The notes beneath the pieces are model-generated. The model did no database searches. It saw only the letters and a list, made by a program, of their open reading frames with translations, and was not told where the DNA came from. A stretch of 63,017 bases of DNA, counting the filler, from Sphacelaria rigidula (Eukaryota): NCBI GenBank assembly GCA_964200075.2. It is 10 parts of 10 records of this genome, joined end to end, with 100 filler letters (N's around TTAATTAATTAA, not from the genome) between each part and the next. Parts side by side here need not be neighbours in the genome. Positions count along the whole stretch, not along the records: positions 37,873 to 44,084 come from CAXNAA020021484.1; positions 44,185 to 50,395 come from CAXNAA020021485.1; positions 50,496 to 56,706 come from CAXNAA020021486.1; 7 more parts are not named here. One strand, written 5' to 3'. Within the stretch, counting starts at the first letter, position 1; every line of letters starts with the position of its first letter. Below are positions 38,663-51,195 of the stretch, piece after piece. Position numbers and translations under genes: made by a program.

Positions 38663-38914
38663 GACACTTTCTACGATAGCCCCCCCCCCCCCAAAAGTAA
38701 ATGGTTTGGGCAGGCAAAATCTTCACGTAAATCGGAATGGGAAAAGCCGAGCACAACGAAAAGCTGGGAATTCCCACGCTTGGGTTCGTTCTAGCTAATG
38801 CCGCCAATATGAGGCGCTTCATGCGGCCTGAACCCAAACATCAGGCGCTCTATGGCCATTTTTTTCGTGACATTTCTGAGCTGGTTTTTTGGGGGGGCTA
38901 TCGTAGAAAGTGTC
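38663..38914. mobile_element. MITE (GACAC family) with 4-bp TSD CATT
   Basis: CATT|GACACTTTCTACGATAGCCCCCCC ... GGGGGGGCTATCGTAGAAAGTGTC|CATT. Confidence 0.85.
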
Positions 38915-39195
38915 CATTATACGGCCAATATTTAGTGTTGGACCCTGAAACTTGGTATGGACAACGAATAGAGCATAATAAGAAAAAAACCCGGTACACA
39001 CAAGGTTTTTCTTCTTTTCCATGAGTTACGGGCAATAATTAGTTTTCAGATATTGGCATGACAAAACTGATTATTGCCCTTAACTCATGGAAAAGAAAAA
39101 AAAACCTTGTGTGTACCGGTATTTCTTTTATTATGCTCTCTTCATTGTCCATACCAAATTTCAGGGTCCAACTTTAAATGTTGGCCGTACAATGG
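38914..39195. mobile_element. ~280-bp near-perfect foldback element
   Basis: Arms GGACCCTGAAA.TTGGTATGGACAA...CCATGAGTTA.GGGCAATAAT pair across a short loop. Confidence 0.85.
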
Positions 39196-39267
39196 GCCTG
39201 CAAACTACAGAATCGCTTCTCGGCAGGCCCAGCTCGTTCTTTTTATTAATTAATGTATGGGATTTAG

Positions 39268-39298
<31 letters not shown>

Positions 39299-40924
39299 AC
39301 CACCCCAAATATACAAAAAAAAAAAACCCACCCAGGGCAGCCCCCTTTTTTTTGGGGGGGCAGTCCCCCCCCATTCTGCNNNNNNNNNNGCCGCCCCACC
39401 TCTTTTTTTTTATTAATTAATGGTGGGGATTAAATAACCCCCCCCCCCCCCCCGCGCCCCGAAAAAACCTAGGATTAAAAAAATCAAAATTCGGCATAGG
39501 GCCTCGCATTTTTTTGGGGGGGCACTCCTGCCTCCTGATACTCCTGTTGGATTATTATTTTTTTGGGAAAGGGGAACACAATATATAAATTTGGATGCCA
39601 CCAGCCAAGAAGACAAGACCATGGAGCTTGCAACAGCAATTAGAATGTCCAGGCTAATGGATGAAGGGGAAAATAAATCCAACAACTTACTTGTCAAATA
39701 TGAAGGAAATGCGAAGCGACACTACCATCTCCTCATACTGCGAAAGACAGCTGTTTTCTACTGTTATCTGCAGCTTCGGAGTGATCGTGACCTCATATCA
39801 TCTACTCCGCCATCCATATGCCACCGCATGTTGACGTTGTTAAACACCCCCGCTGAATCAAATCACCAAACACACGAGGCACCAGCGGTTACTCTGTCGC
39901 CTTCTATCCTACGAATAGATACTGCATCCCTTTGCACACCGTGCACCCGCTCTACAGCTATACTTGTAGTGTGTTCTGTGTGCAGGCGACCTTGTAAAGT
40001 GGCGGGGGGTGGAGCTGAATCAACTGGGGGTCTGCCGTTCGGAAAATACCACCCCCTACCTTTCCTGTCTGTGAAGACGGTTTCGAGAGATTGACTGAGC
40101 AAATGTGACGAAAAAGGGGCCAAATATCGAGCGTATCGATGCTCGATATTGATATTCGCTATTGATACTTATCACATATAAATATATATATATATATATA
40201 TTTATATCGGTTTCCTACGCTCCTATACCGATACTGCGTATCGCCGATATTTATCGAAATCATACTATCGGTTATCGATATCCGATGTGCAAACCTGACT
40301 GGTACATTACCTTGCCCAGCATTCTTTACCCCCTCTCACTTTGAGTGAAAGTCGAACGAATGTGTCAAAGAAGGCCGTCGGAGTGTGTGCTACAAGAGGC
40401 GGTGATCACTTGCAGTACCAACAGTTGTGCAGCAGCACGAAGTTTGTATCAAATGCAAAGGTTCCGACACGTACATACACACACTCAGTTCGTCAGTACA
40501 TCACCTTTTCCCCCAGCATTCTTCGCCCCCTCTCGTTTCGAGTCAAAGTCGGGCGAGTGTCGGTAACGAGGCGTGGGCAGCAAAGTGCTGCGGTCTCGTG
40601 CGCCGTTACAAATTCTTGTACTTCTGATGTACTTCATATAATACAGGAAATATCCTTGAACCCTACACTCAGGAAGGGTAGCACATAGAGATAATGACGA
40701 CAATCACACCACCGCCAAATGCGAGCCTGTCTTCCGAACCCCCAGCATACGACTGCACTGCACTTCGTACTACAGCGTGTTTGTAATGTACATCCTGTAT
40801 TTTTACCGTACGTAGCACAGTGGGTATACAGCAGTAGTAGTGTACAATCCCACTGTACCGCCCTGGTACAGCACTGTACGGTATACTGACTCTACTACTG
40901 TACACTGTGCCGTATACTGAACTT

Positions 40925-41004
40925 TACTCTACTCTTCTTCTCTACTCTACTCTACTCTACTCTACTCTACTCTACTCTACTCTACTCTACTCTACTCTAC
41001 TCTA
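40925..41004. repeat. (CTACT)n microsatellite
   Basis: Seen directly. Confidence 0.95.
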
Positions 41005-42924
41005 TTCAACTGTATCGTTCGGAACTGTTGTGTGCTGTACTGCGTTGAAAGAGTGGCTCTTGTGGATTTGGGACCACCAGCAGCATCTTGGCGATACTCG
41101 TACTAGCAGTACGCCATGGAAACAAACGTTTTCTGCTGCTGCTGTGCCGTGTGGCGGCCTCTACTACTACTGCCTCTGCTCGTATTATTGTCTGATCATG
41201 ATGTTCGTAAGGGTAGTGACCGTGCTAGCTCATGGGCATGTCCTTCTCGAGGGCTGCACATCGCAACAAACAGCAGCAATAGTACTACATACAGTAGTCA
41301 GCAACCTCAGTGACAGGCTTGTTGAAATAATGTACTATTTTCATACTGTATTTCATCCGGGCCAGGTCCCTTTATTTCCTCATTGTGAGGTGATCCGCGT
41401 GTTACTTTTGATTGATGATACTGTTTGGCTCGTGTAGGCCTCATTTCTTCCGTACACAGGTTTCGATGCACACTACTTTCCGAAATATAATACCCAAAAT
41501 CGGCCCTCATTTCCCATATTATACTGTACTAGAGACTCGTGATAATTGTGCAGTGCTCTGGTGACCTTTGCATTATCGAACCGGATCCTGGTCGATCGCA
41601 CATTTTGTGAAACAACCAGCTACCAGTCACTGCGAACCATGAAGTAACCCGAAGCCACATCACGTTAGCTTACATAGTGAAGTTTGCACCTTCAATTCTC
41701 AAGGTTTTGAAAGGTCCCATTCTGAAGCGTAGCTCGTCCATGCTGATTCTGAAATAAATCTTAAATTTTTCTGAACGTCATGTTGCATGCATGCATGCAG
41801 GTTTGCCAATACGGGACCAATGATATCTCGTTGTCGCACCGTGATACCGGACGGAGCCTCACCCTCATCTACCGTCCCCACTCACAAATAAACCCATCCC
41901 CAGCCTTCCGTCCGAGGTTTGGCGATTCGGTCAGCCTACGTGTCCTTGTCCGGGGTGAGTACACCTGGTTTCACCTGTAACTTCTCCCCATCCTTGCTGG
42001 TTGTCTGATGATGAGGCTTGACCGGACTTGATCGACCATGTAGACGCAAGATTCCCCGTTTCCAGCTGTGAACCGCTCCGGATCACAGTATTCTTGTCTC
42101 CGGTCACTGGTAAAGTCGTGACGTGCTCATCGGCAGTGTGTTTACTGCAGATGGATGTTGCGGTAGCATACGCTTTCTGAGTTTCCACAGTTTTTGTGAG
42201 ATTGGTGATGGTGAAGTATTGGCTTGAGAACAAGTTTTGTGATCCCCTCTCTAGTTCCACCCTTTGCCCGCCTGGGTGTTGGGTAAACTCGGTCTCTCAC
42301 ATGCACTGTTCAACGAGTGAAATGGTGCCGGTTCAAGAGACGGCCTACCCTGACGGTCAAGGGTTACCCTGTTGACTTGTTTTCGCGAGATTGAAAGTAG
42401 CAGATGATACGATTGAGGGTGAAAAGCGGTGAATAAATGAATGAATATAGTTTCAATTCCGAAATGCCCTTCACGGAGCCAGATAATAATATTATGCTTT
42501 CTGTAGTAACTGGCCACCGAAGCCCTTGATATCCCTGACTGAGTAGGATATCGACCTGTAGCTGTACGCACACGCCAGTGCTCGTACGCGGGCAGCGAAA
42601 ACACACACGGAGCGTGAAATTGGTCACGTCGAAGCTAACAATAAAACCCACTCTCAATCAACGCTCTACCCTCTGCCTCACGAAAAAGTGTTCAGGGTGG
42701 GTCATCCGGGGAGGACTCATTTTTTATGTGAGTATCAGCTTTTCTGAGTAATGCTACGGTAGTAGGGGTGCACAATAATACATTCTGTTTAGAACTGCTA
42801 GAAGCCCTTTATCTCATCCTAAACAAGAATCATGAAGTAAGTGAGAGTATTCCAGGATTACTAATTTAAATCCAATGTGTTGGGGATATCCGGCTCTGAC
42901 CCATATTCTTGTACATCTACAAAC

Positions 42925-43362
42925 AACAGTAAATTCTCGAAAATGAGGTTGAAAATAAATTGAGGTTCAACTCAAAAGCGGGGCCTTCCCTGGCCTAAAT
43001 TCAGGACAAATGACTTTCATGCGGACAGCGTCATCCCTCCCGACCTCCCTAAAACTATTTCGGGGAATTTCTAACCTTCTGTTCCCCCACTGTGACAGGG
43101 CATGTATGTGCGAAAGCACGATTTTGGATCAAAAATCGTCCCTTTTTCACCCCGAAATCGAGGCAAAAGTAGTGTGCTTTCGCAAGTATCCTTTAGGGGA
43201 ACGAAAGTCCAGAAATCCCCCGAAATAGTTTTAGGGAGGTCGGGAGGGATGAGGTCGTTCACATGAAAGTCATTTGTCGTGAATTTAGGTCAGGGGAAGC
43301 ACTGCTGTTGAGTTGAACCTCATTATTTATTTGTTCAATCCCATTTTCGAGAATCCACTGTT
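42925..43362. mobile_element. Foldback MITE with CAGT...ACTG ends
   Basis: ~150-bp inverted arms including TCATCCCTCCCGACCTCCCTAAAACTATTTCGGGG. Confidence 0.8.
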
Positions 43363-43400
43363 TGACAGCCTGGATCCGTTTTTGATGTTCAACATTTGGG

Positions 43401-43755
43401 TGAGGTTCAACTCGGAAGCAGTGCTTTCCCTGACCTAAAGTCATGGCCAATGAGTTTCATATGGACAATCTCATGCCCCCCGACCCCCTTGAAACTATTT
43501 TTGGGGGCTGCCCGTCTTCCGTGCCCCCAAACCGTGTGTGCGAAAGCGCCTTTCTGCCTCGATATCGGGGCGAAAAAGGGGCGGTTTTAGCCCGAAATTG
43601 GTGCTTTCGCATATATATATATACTACGCTTTGGGGGCACGGAAGACGGGCAACCCCTGAAAATAGTTTTCAGGAGGTTGGAGGGCATGAGGTCGTCCAT
43701 ATATATGAAGTTCATTGGTCACGACTTTAGGTCAGGGAAAGCACTGTTTTCGAGA
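43401..43755. mobile_element. Second, diverged foldback copy of the same family
   Basis: CAGTGCTTTCCCTGACCTAAAGTC / GACTTTAGGTCAGGGAAAGCACTG; TGCCCGTCTTCCGTGCCCCCAAA and its complement. Confidence 0.8.
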
Positions 43756-44084
43756 GTGATGCCAAGGTAGGGGTGCTCGAATGTTTCCTGAGGTTGGTAT
43801 TATTGTTGGGAGCCCTGTATCTCATCCAAAACACCTCTTCTTGCGAAGTATGTGAAAGTACGCCAGGATTGCCATTTCAATGTGCTAGAGATATCCCGAA
43901 TGAATTTACAAACGGGGATGCCCTGACCCATAATATTGTGCAATCTAGAATTGTTAGGGGCTCCTGAACCAGACAAAATTTCGCGCAAAAAGTGCCCCCC
44001 CTACCGTAGCATTGCTCTCGAAACAGCCAATCATCTATGTTGAGGATGGTGCTTTTGATTGAGGATGAACCCGGAGGATTAAAA

Positions 44085-44184
44085 NNNNNNNNNNNNNNNN
44101 NNNNNNNNNNNNNNNNNNNNNNNNNNNNTTAATTAATTAANNNNNNNNNNNNNNNNNNNNNNNNNNNNNNNNNNNNNNNNNNNN
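44085..44184. other. Artificial contig linker
   Basis: Same 100-bp spacer. Confidence 0.98.
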
Positions 44185-44241
44185 CCCAACTCAACCATCA
44201 GAAGGTTACGAGGTTACCAACTGAGCCACCGGGGCGACCGG
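44185..44241 (-). mobile_element. tRNA-derived SINE head (cut by contig start)
   Basis: Reverse complement CCGGTCGCCCCGGTGGCTCAGTTGGTAACC contains an A box. Confidence 0.75.
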
Positions 44242-44571
44242 CATGTACGAGAGATATACCCTTGGCAGTACGCCTGCACGACAATATGGCGCCCTTTATA
44301 CTACCCAGGAACCGATAAACGATGACATGATGTTTCAGGTGTGCTTGTTGCGCCAACATTCCAGGTAATCAACGGGATTTCAAGTGAAAGCTCGTGCACT
44401 CATGTTTGCTAGCCTAGAAATCTGCAGCAAGCCATGCGAACACAGGGATCGTTCACCCTACTCTCACAAGCGGAGCCAAGCAGCAGCACGGAGTATTACT
44501 GCCGTCGCACCCAGATAATAGGGCGAATCTGTGAACCCAAGCTCACCGACAGTACAGTACGGTAGAGTTAG

Positions 44572-44746
44572 TTAGACTCTCATTTGTGGTGCTCGCCATC
44601 TGACAACGTGAGGACAAACGAGGGTTGGCCGAAGAATTCGATGAGTCAGTGGACGGGCTGCGGAAGAGAGGATCCTGTGCTCGACTAAAAGTACCAGGGC
44701 AAAAACCAGAGCGGGAGAATTGGCTAGGTTTCTCAGTACGACAAAT
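44572..44746 (-). CDS. Possible downstream exon of the minus-strand plastid-targeted gene (3' boundary uncertain)
   Basis: Pyrimidine tract + CAG acceptor, phase-2 compatible with the 46609 donor, giving ...FASRK-FVVLRNLANSPALVFALVLL. Confidence 0.3.
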
Positions 44747-46608
44747 CTGTCTCGACAAGGACAGGGAGGGGGGAAGAGGTTTAGGCACGAGCAATGGGAG
44801 ATGAAGCAAAACACGAATGATTTGATCACCCTGACATCTACATGTGGTGGCTCTCGGGCTGTGTCCCTACCGGCCGACACTGCCGTTGGATCCACCCACG
44901 TTCGTGTTGCCCGAATCTGTAATCCAAACCAGAGCCATAATTAATTGAGGTTAGCGGCGACATACCCTCGAACGGATCCTGCATGCTACACTAGAAACAT
45001 ATGAAGAGACGATTGCTCTGGTTGGACAGTACTGCGTGAAGTCAGGGAGCTGGGCATCACGAAATACAAAGTATCGTTGTCTTCGGAACTGGTGCTTACA
45101 AAGATAGAGGAGATGCTCGGCTACGACAACGATAATACCAGCGTCGAACAGCCGACTATTTTGTTCCGAGAGGAGGTCTGGCTCCCAACGGGTTGACAAG
45201 CGCGGACTAGAGCATGTTCGCATCACAAAAGCAGAGAACGCATACACTGGTGAACAACACGGTTCAACCAGTCCGCCAGTGCTGCCGACATATGTAACGG
45301 CAGTGACGCCACTTCATCAGTTCAGTTGTGCCAAGTCCGAGATGAACCATCGAGAGGACGAACTTTCTTTCATTCGGGTAATCTGCGTTAGAGATTTGAA
45401 GAGTCGAGCGATTATTTTTTTCAAGAAAATTGGGCTCAAAAAGCATTGGGTACGGTCGAGGGGCGGAGGGGCGACCAGACATATGCGACTCGCAACTACA
45501 CTCTCGTTGTGCTGCTTCTTAAGCATTTCGTGAGAGAAAAACACGAATGTTACGAGAATACTCACGGTCACCAAATGTAAATGGATGTATACCACAGAAC
45601 TCCCCTAAACTGCTTGATCATCTACTGACTTTGTGACCATTATACTACGAAAAGGCGATATATGTTGTTGATACACGCGGCATTTACACACCGCAGTAGA
45701 GTTATGTATTGGTAACACTCAAGAGAACATACGATAAAGATTCTTCGTTGCTCCGACGGTGCGGGCCTTGTTTTCGCTTTTGAGCACGCCCATGAAGTGT
45801 TTATCGGTTCTGTACCTGTGTCTTCAACTTGCGCACACGGCGATCATGATACGTACAAAAGGGCTTTCCGTACAGGCTATGCCTTGACCTCGTCACCTCC
45901 GTCCCCTACGGTACTGATTTGTTGTTTTAATGCACTTGTACTCATTTCTCATCCTGTCAAAGGGGGTGTTATACTCCGTCACAAAGATGTCAAGCGTACC
46001 GAGAAAGATCATGTTTCTTTCCCCCGCTTGATGGCCGCGGGTAATTTTGGGAGGATGGCGGTGTAGGTCTTCATCCCAGCGCCGACTTCGTCACCCGCGA
46101 CGCTCCACAGCGGTATACAAAGTTTTGTGTGTTTATTTAGATTTGTTCGTGGGTCATAAATAGGCCACCCAGGTTCTTCCTCGCTCAAAGCACATGTTGA
46201 ATACAATCCGGCCGCGGAATATGCAAAACATGAACTGACAACGGCGGGGAATTGATACCACAATACAACAGGTAGTATAATAGGTACTGGACAGAGTACA
46301 GTCAGACACAGCAATGCACATGTAGTGCTGCCAAAGCTCAAGGTATTGGTTGACGGATTGACTAATTGTCGCTTATCAACACATAAGCTACGACTCTAGC
46401 TGGGTGTCGTAAGATGAGGGTACACGAGCCAAATAGATGGGAACATCCGCTGAAGGAAGCTCGGAAGAAAGGAATGATGGGAATGACAGCACTTTCGTTA
46501 GCGTTGTACACACACGGGCCAGCCCAAGGACAGGCACATGATCCGAACCCAGTCCCAACGTCCAAAAGCCAATCCTAACCACTAGACTGTTGTGTACTGT
46601 ACACCCAC

Positions 46609-47348
46609 TTTCTTGACGCGAAGAACGGCTGAAGGGTATCCCCATCCTTCGACTGCCTGTCTGAACGGCTTCGTTCAGGCAACACCCTCGCCATAGCACC
46701 TGGTTCATCACCCCGGCGCCGCTTGCCCCGGCGCCTTGACCCCTTAGCACTTGTGGTACTTGAAGTCGGAACCAATGTCAACCCGACAGGCGTTATGGGG
46801 TTAGCCATGCCCGCTGGAGGCACCCCGCCCATTTCCCTAACTCCGCTGCCGCTCCTGCGGCTCCTGCTGGTAGTGGCAGCCCCCGTTGGTCCTGGTGCTC
46901 CGCCTGAGCGCTTCTGTGAAGAGGCATGTGCTGCGCCTTTCGATCTTGTAGCAGCAGATGGTGGTTCCATCACAGCTACCATGCTGATCCTGGTGACCGG
47001 CCGCCTGCTCTCTACTATGGCTCTCCCCGTGCTAATAACGCTACTGCTCCTGCTCCTGCAGGTACCACTACTGCTGACAATGCTAGACGACGTGCTGCGG
47101 TCAGACCTTTTGCCCCGGTTGATTGGTGCGGCGGCGGTAGCTGCTGCCGTTGCTGATGCTGCCAAAAGAATGCCGCTGCTTCCATCACTGCGGTAAGAAG
47201 CCCAACCAGACAGCGAAGGAACCGATTGGTCGTTTTGCCTGTTCTTGGGATCATGCACGTTCAGGCGAGGAGGCATTGCGAAAGTACCACGAAACGCCGA
47301 GACGGTGGCTACGCCCAGGAGGCATCCGCAGGCGATCAGCGCTTTCAT
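46609..47348 (-). CDS. First coding exon of an unknown protein with a bipartite plastid-targeting presequence
   Basis: MKALIACGCLLGVATVSA-F (signal peptide + Phe), then a Ser/Arg/Ala-rich transit-like region; GTGGGT donor; frame is open upstream to 47639, so an earlier ATG is possible. Confidence 0.65.
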
Positions 47349-48124
47349 AGAGGCGGCAACGGCGGGGGGGCAGGCTTCCGCTCTTCTCCTTCCTCTTTTC
47401 CGTCGACTCCGGCTGCTTGTGCTTCCAATATACATGGTGCTTCTCATGTTTTTGAGATGACAATCTCGAACCATCGCCGTGCTTCGGACATCATCGAACG
47501 CTGCGATTCGGACTAGTTTTGGCGTGGGAAGGGGGCGCCGCCGCCTGAGGTGGGACGTTTGACGAATCGAAGTTAACGTAGTCGTCACCACCATTACGCT
47601 AAAGCTACTTCTTACCTCGAAATGGCAACTATTCAACAACTTCTATATCAAGGCCAACAAGGGAAAACAGAGCAGGCCGATGGTGCCGCTTGAGGCAAAG
47701 ACTGGGGGCGGTCTCAAGCTTACAGTTATTCAATCAGCTGCAATGTCACTCTGCGTCACAAATTGAACCAGAGGATTTTTTCCAAGTTCCTCCTGACTTC
47801 TCTGAGCCGACGATCTTCGGAAACTCTGTCACTGTGGATGTACCAGGGCGGTAGAGCACTGCATTTTCTTTGTTGCCAAACTTCATATTTGGTGACCAGA
47901 TATTAACATCTTGAAAGGATATTATCGAATAATGCAAGTACGGTATCCACCCTTTGCGCCGTATATCATATACATACAACGATCGGACGGAACTATGTGC
48001 ATGCTTGAGGGTTGTGCTGCCACAACTTGAGTGTGAGAGTCCGGAGCAAAAACGAACAGCATCACCGAGCTAAAACTTGCTGCAGCTTAGTCAGCTCACG
48101 CAGCGCAGCCACCCCACGTTTACC

Positions 48125-48498
48125 ATGCTACAACGGCGAGAAGTCATGGTATTGACAACTGCATGCGTATTTCTTTCCACTGCTTGGCCAGCAAGGGGGT
48201 TCGTTGAGCGCGGCTTACTCTTGTGTCGAACACATCAAGTGCCATCATGCGCATATCGTCGTCATTGCTCATGTTACTGGGGAAAACCTCGTGCACATTG
48301 GTCTTCTGCGACCGATGATCCGCGCAGCTCGTTGGATGTCGCGCGGCGTCGTCGACGACGATATAGTAGTGTTGGGGCTGTTGCGGGTCCGTTGTTTTGC
48401 AGTAGTTTTGCAACTCCAGATTTCGGTAGCGCAACAGCAGCAGGAGGTGTGCCGATGAGCGACAGTCATGTCGAGGATATCAGCAGTAACAGCAGCAG
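48125..48498 (+). CDS. First coding exon of an unknown protein with a probable bipartite plastid-targeting presequence
   Basis: ACCATG context; MLQRREVMVLTTACVFLSTAWPARG-F then an Arg/Ser-rich stretch; CAG|GTATGA donor. Confidence 0.55.
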
Positions 48499-48737
48499 GT
48501 ATGATTCACATAGAGTATACCGGTCCTTTGGAGTTCAGTAACAAATTGTAGTGCAGCGGCTGCATTACACGTGTCGTCGTTCTGTGTTCTCGCGATGGGC
48601 ACTGTCCTGTTGATCTGAAACTTTTTGCGTCGAGGAGGACCATAATTTCCAAGGAAACTATCGGGGCGATCGCCAAAACCGGTATATCGACTGCATTTTC
48701 GCCAAAAACCGGTATAGCTCGCACCCCCCCTCAGAAG

Positions 48738-49180
48738 CAAGGATGTAAGAAACCGCGCGTGAACCATATTACGTACCGGTTATAACCGCAAATTAGCTTT
48801 TGACGTACCGGTTATAACCGCGCAGGCCGGGGACGAAAAAGTACCATCCCCGGGGTGGTGTACAATGTATATGTTTCATATATTATTCGTCCTGAAGCAG
48901 CTCTGGAGACGTGCTGTATGCGGTCATGTACTGAGGTACTGCTGGGTGTTGTATTCGCCGCCTCTTTCTTGCCGCGTTTGGAAGCAGCTCTGGAGACATG
49001 CTGCATGCGGCTATGCAGTCATGTATTATGTATCATGTACGCTGTGTGTTGTATAATTATGGGTTGGGGTAACCCTTCCCCCCCCCAAATACGCACGTAA
49101 AAATAATCTGGAATTCCCGTGTAACGTACCGCAAAACCTTATTACCGGTTATAACCGGTCACCGGTTTCTTACATCCCTG
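48738..49180. mobile_element. hAT-like MITE
   Basis: TIR CA(A/G)GGATGTAAGAAACCG; 8-bp flanks CTCAGAAG / TTCCGAAG (6/8 match); CCGGTTATAACCG subterminal palindromes. Confidence 0.75.
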
Positions 49181-50395
49181 TTCCGAAGAGCTGCTATTAA
49201 TAATGCAGCCGCCTGATTGGCCAAATCCCGCCGCGTGCGGATGTGCTGGAAACACACACACGCTTGGAGCTTGGAAATGGTACCGGCTATAACAGGCCAT
49301 TATCACTATAACGGTAGTAACGGTAGTGGTTGTATGAACATTTGTAATAATGGTTTAAAATCGTTATTTCCCGATACCAGCTTCATATCGCGTAAGAACG
49401 TGCCTCCGGCACGGCGCCTCCAGCGGGGCCCTCCGGTGGCGCCTCCGGCGGGGCCTTTCTGCCGGGGACGGCTTTTTGGCTTGCGGCTGCGCCGCTCGAC
49501 CAAACCATTACGCACCATTCAACTGGTATATGGTTAGGCAAACCATTCCCGAGCTCTACACACGGTATACCTGTCATTCGAAACTCAATTTTGCTTTCAC
49601 CGTTTTTTGGTGACGGTCTCACCGGTTTTTGGCGATCGAGGTAGTCAGGGCGCATCTTTCCACCTTTTTTTTCTGTCGAAAAAGCGCGGTCGATTTTTTT
49701 TCGCCGATCTGATAAGTCCACCGCACCTATGTTCCCAGAAGGCTTCAACTCAAACGTATAATCAGCGGCGCGCGGGGAAGAATACTACACATCGAGGTGA
49801 AAAACAATCGTTTTCGATCGAAAACATGCGGTCGGAAGGCACGAAGCGGCACTTGAGTCCTATCTTGCAGACCACCACGCCAGATAACACGTGTGAACAG
49901 GACCATGCAAACTCCATCCAACTCATTCTCAGCTACCATTGCAACCCTGCAGCATCAAGCACGAATTGAGCACAGGGATAGATACACTGCAGTAGTTGAG
50001 TGTGCTTTGTTTATTTTTTGTTGGCGAAAACTTGCGCATCTTCTCTCATGGTGGGGATCAGCGACGGAACTGCGTGGTACGGTGGGCAACAGAGTTGCGT
50101 CCACGCTCATGGACAGTGCAGGCAGTACAAAGCTGCACGTTGCTGAAGTCCTTTTACGTCGCATTTTAAGCAGAGAGAACTGATAGTCCTGGGCTGTCTG
50201 CACTGCACGTTGCCCGCTTCTCCGTCATATCCTCCTTCACGAGACGCACACACGCACTGAATACACCCTGCTTGCAAGCAGTGCAGACAGTACAGATTGT
50301 CTGTACTGTACAGGAGTGACGGGCAATCGCCAAAAACCGGTATACCGACGGTGTTTTCGCCAACATCCGGTATAGCTCACACACACCCTCAGAGA

Positions 50396-50495
50396 NNNNN
50401 NNNNNNNNNNNNNNNNNNNNNNNNNNNNNNNNNNNNNNNTTAATTAATTAANNNNNNNNNNNNNNNNNNNNNNNNNNNNNNNNNNNNNNNNNNNN
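50396..50495. other. Artificial contig linker
   Basis: Same 100-bp spacer. Confidence 0.98.
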
Positions 50496-51195
50496 AAACG
50501 CGGACCGTCTACGATCAAGAGCAGCGGCAGCAGCACCAGCAGCATCGGCGCCGGTTGATTCAGACCCACCCCCAGCCACGTACATTTACTGGCAAGGAAT
50601 ATGCCGCTGCTGCTGCTGCTGACTTGCTGCTTCTCGTGCGGACGGTCCACGGCACTTGACAGCCCCCCGCATACAAACAAGATCTAAAAGACCTTTCTGT
50701 ACTGAAGCCCTGACATGAAGTAGCCGCCAGCTTTGTCTTTCTTCTTTCAACTCTCCCTCTGTAGTTCGACACTTCAAAGGATACTCGCCATGCGCATTCA
50801 CTGAAGTTACGTTGGTGTGTAGCGGCCACAACAGCTGCTGGTCGTGCTTTTGTCTTATTATCTTCGCAATGACGGTAAACGTGGGGTGGCAGCTCGGGGG
50901 CGTATGCTTCCCGATTGGTACAGACAAAGGGAGGACACTCGCTAGTGCAACAAGATTGTCCATCTACTGATGTGGAGCGAGCTTTCCGGAGGAACAAAAT
51001 CACCTCAACACCGACCACTCCCAGACTTGAAAAAATGCGCAAAAAGTATATCCACCTACGAGGACCCACATTTTTTTAATCAGCTGCCCGTCACGGATGT
51101 TTTCGAACAAGGTGAAGCCTTCACCCGTAGTACCTGAGTGCACGCAGTACACAGCACTAACACACACACAGTAAACAAAGTGAAGCCTTCACGTG

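Noticed and set aside
39240..39480. Duplicated TTATTAATTAAT...poly(C) block
   Set aside because: It flanks a 10-N gap and homopolymer runs and looks like low-quality overlapping read ends.
40907..41437. 176-aa ORF with LLYST repeats
   Set aside because: Translation of the (CTACT)n microsatellite plus non-coding flank.
41931..42657. Possible gag-like relic on the minus strand
   Set aside because: Only a vague resemblance; no diagnostic motif found.
46009..46341. 110-aa minus-strand ORF as an exon of the plastid-targeted gene
   Set aside because: No convincing splice sites or recognisable domain.
46723..47196. 157-aa hydrophobic plus-strand ORF
   Set aside because: Antisense shadow of the Ser/Arg-rich minus-strand exon.
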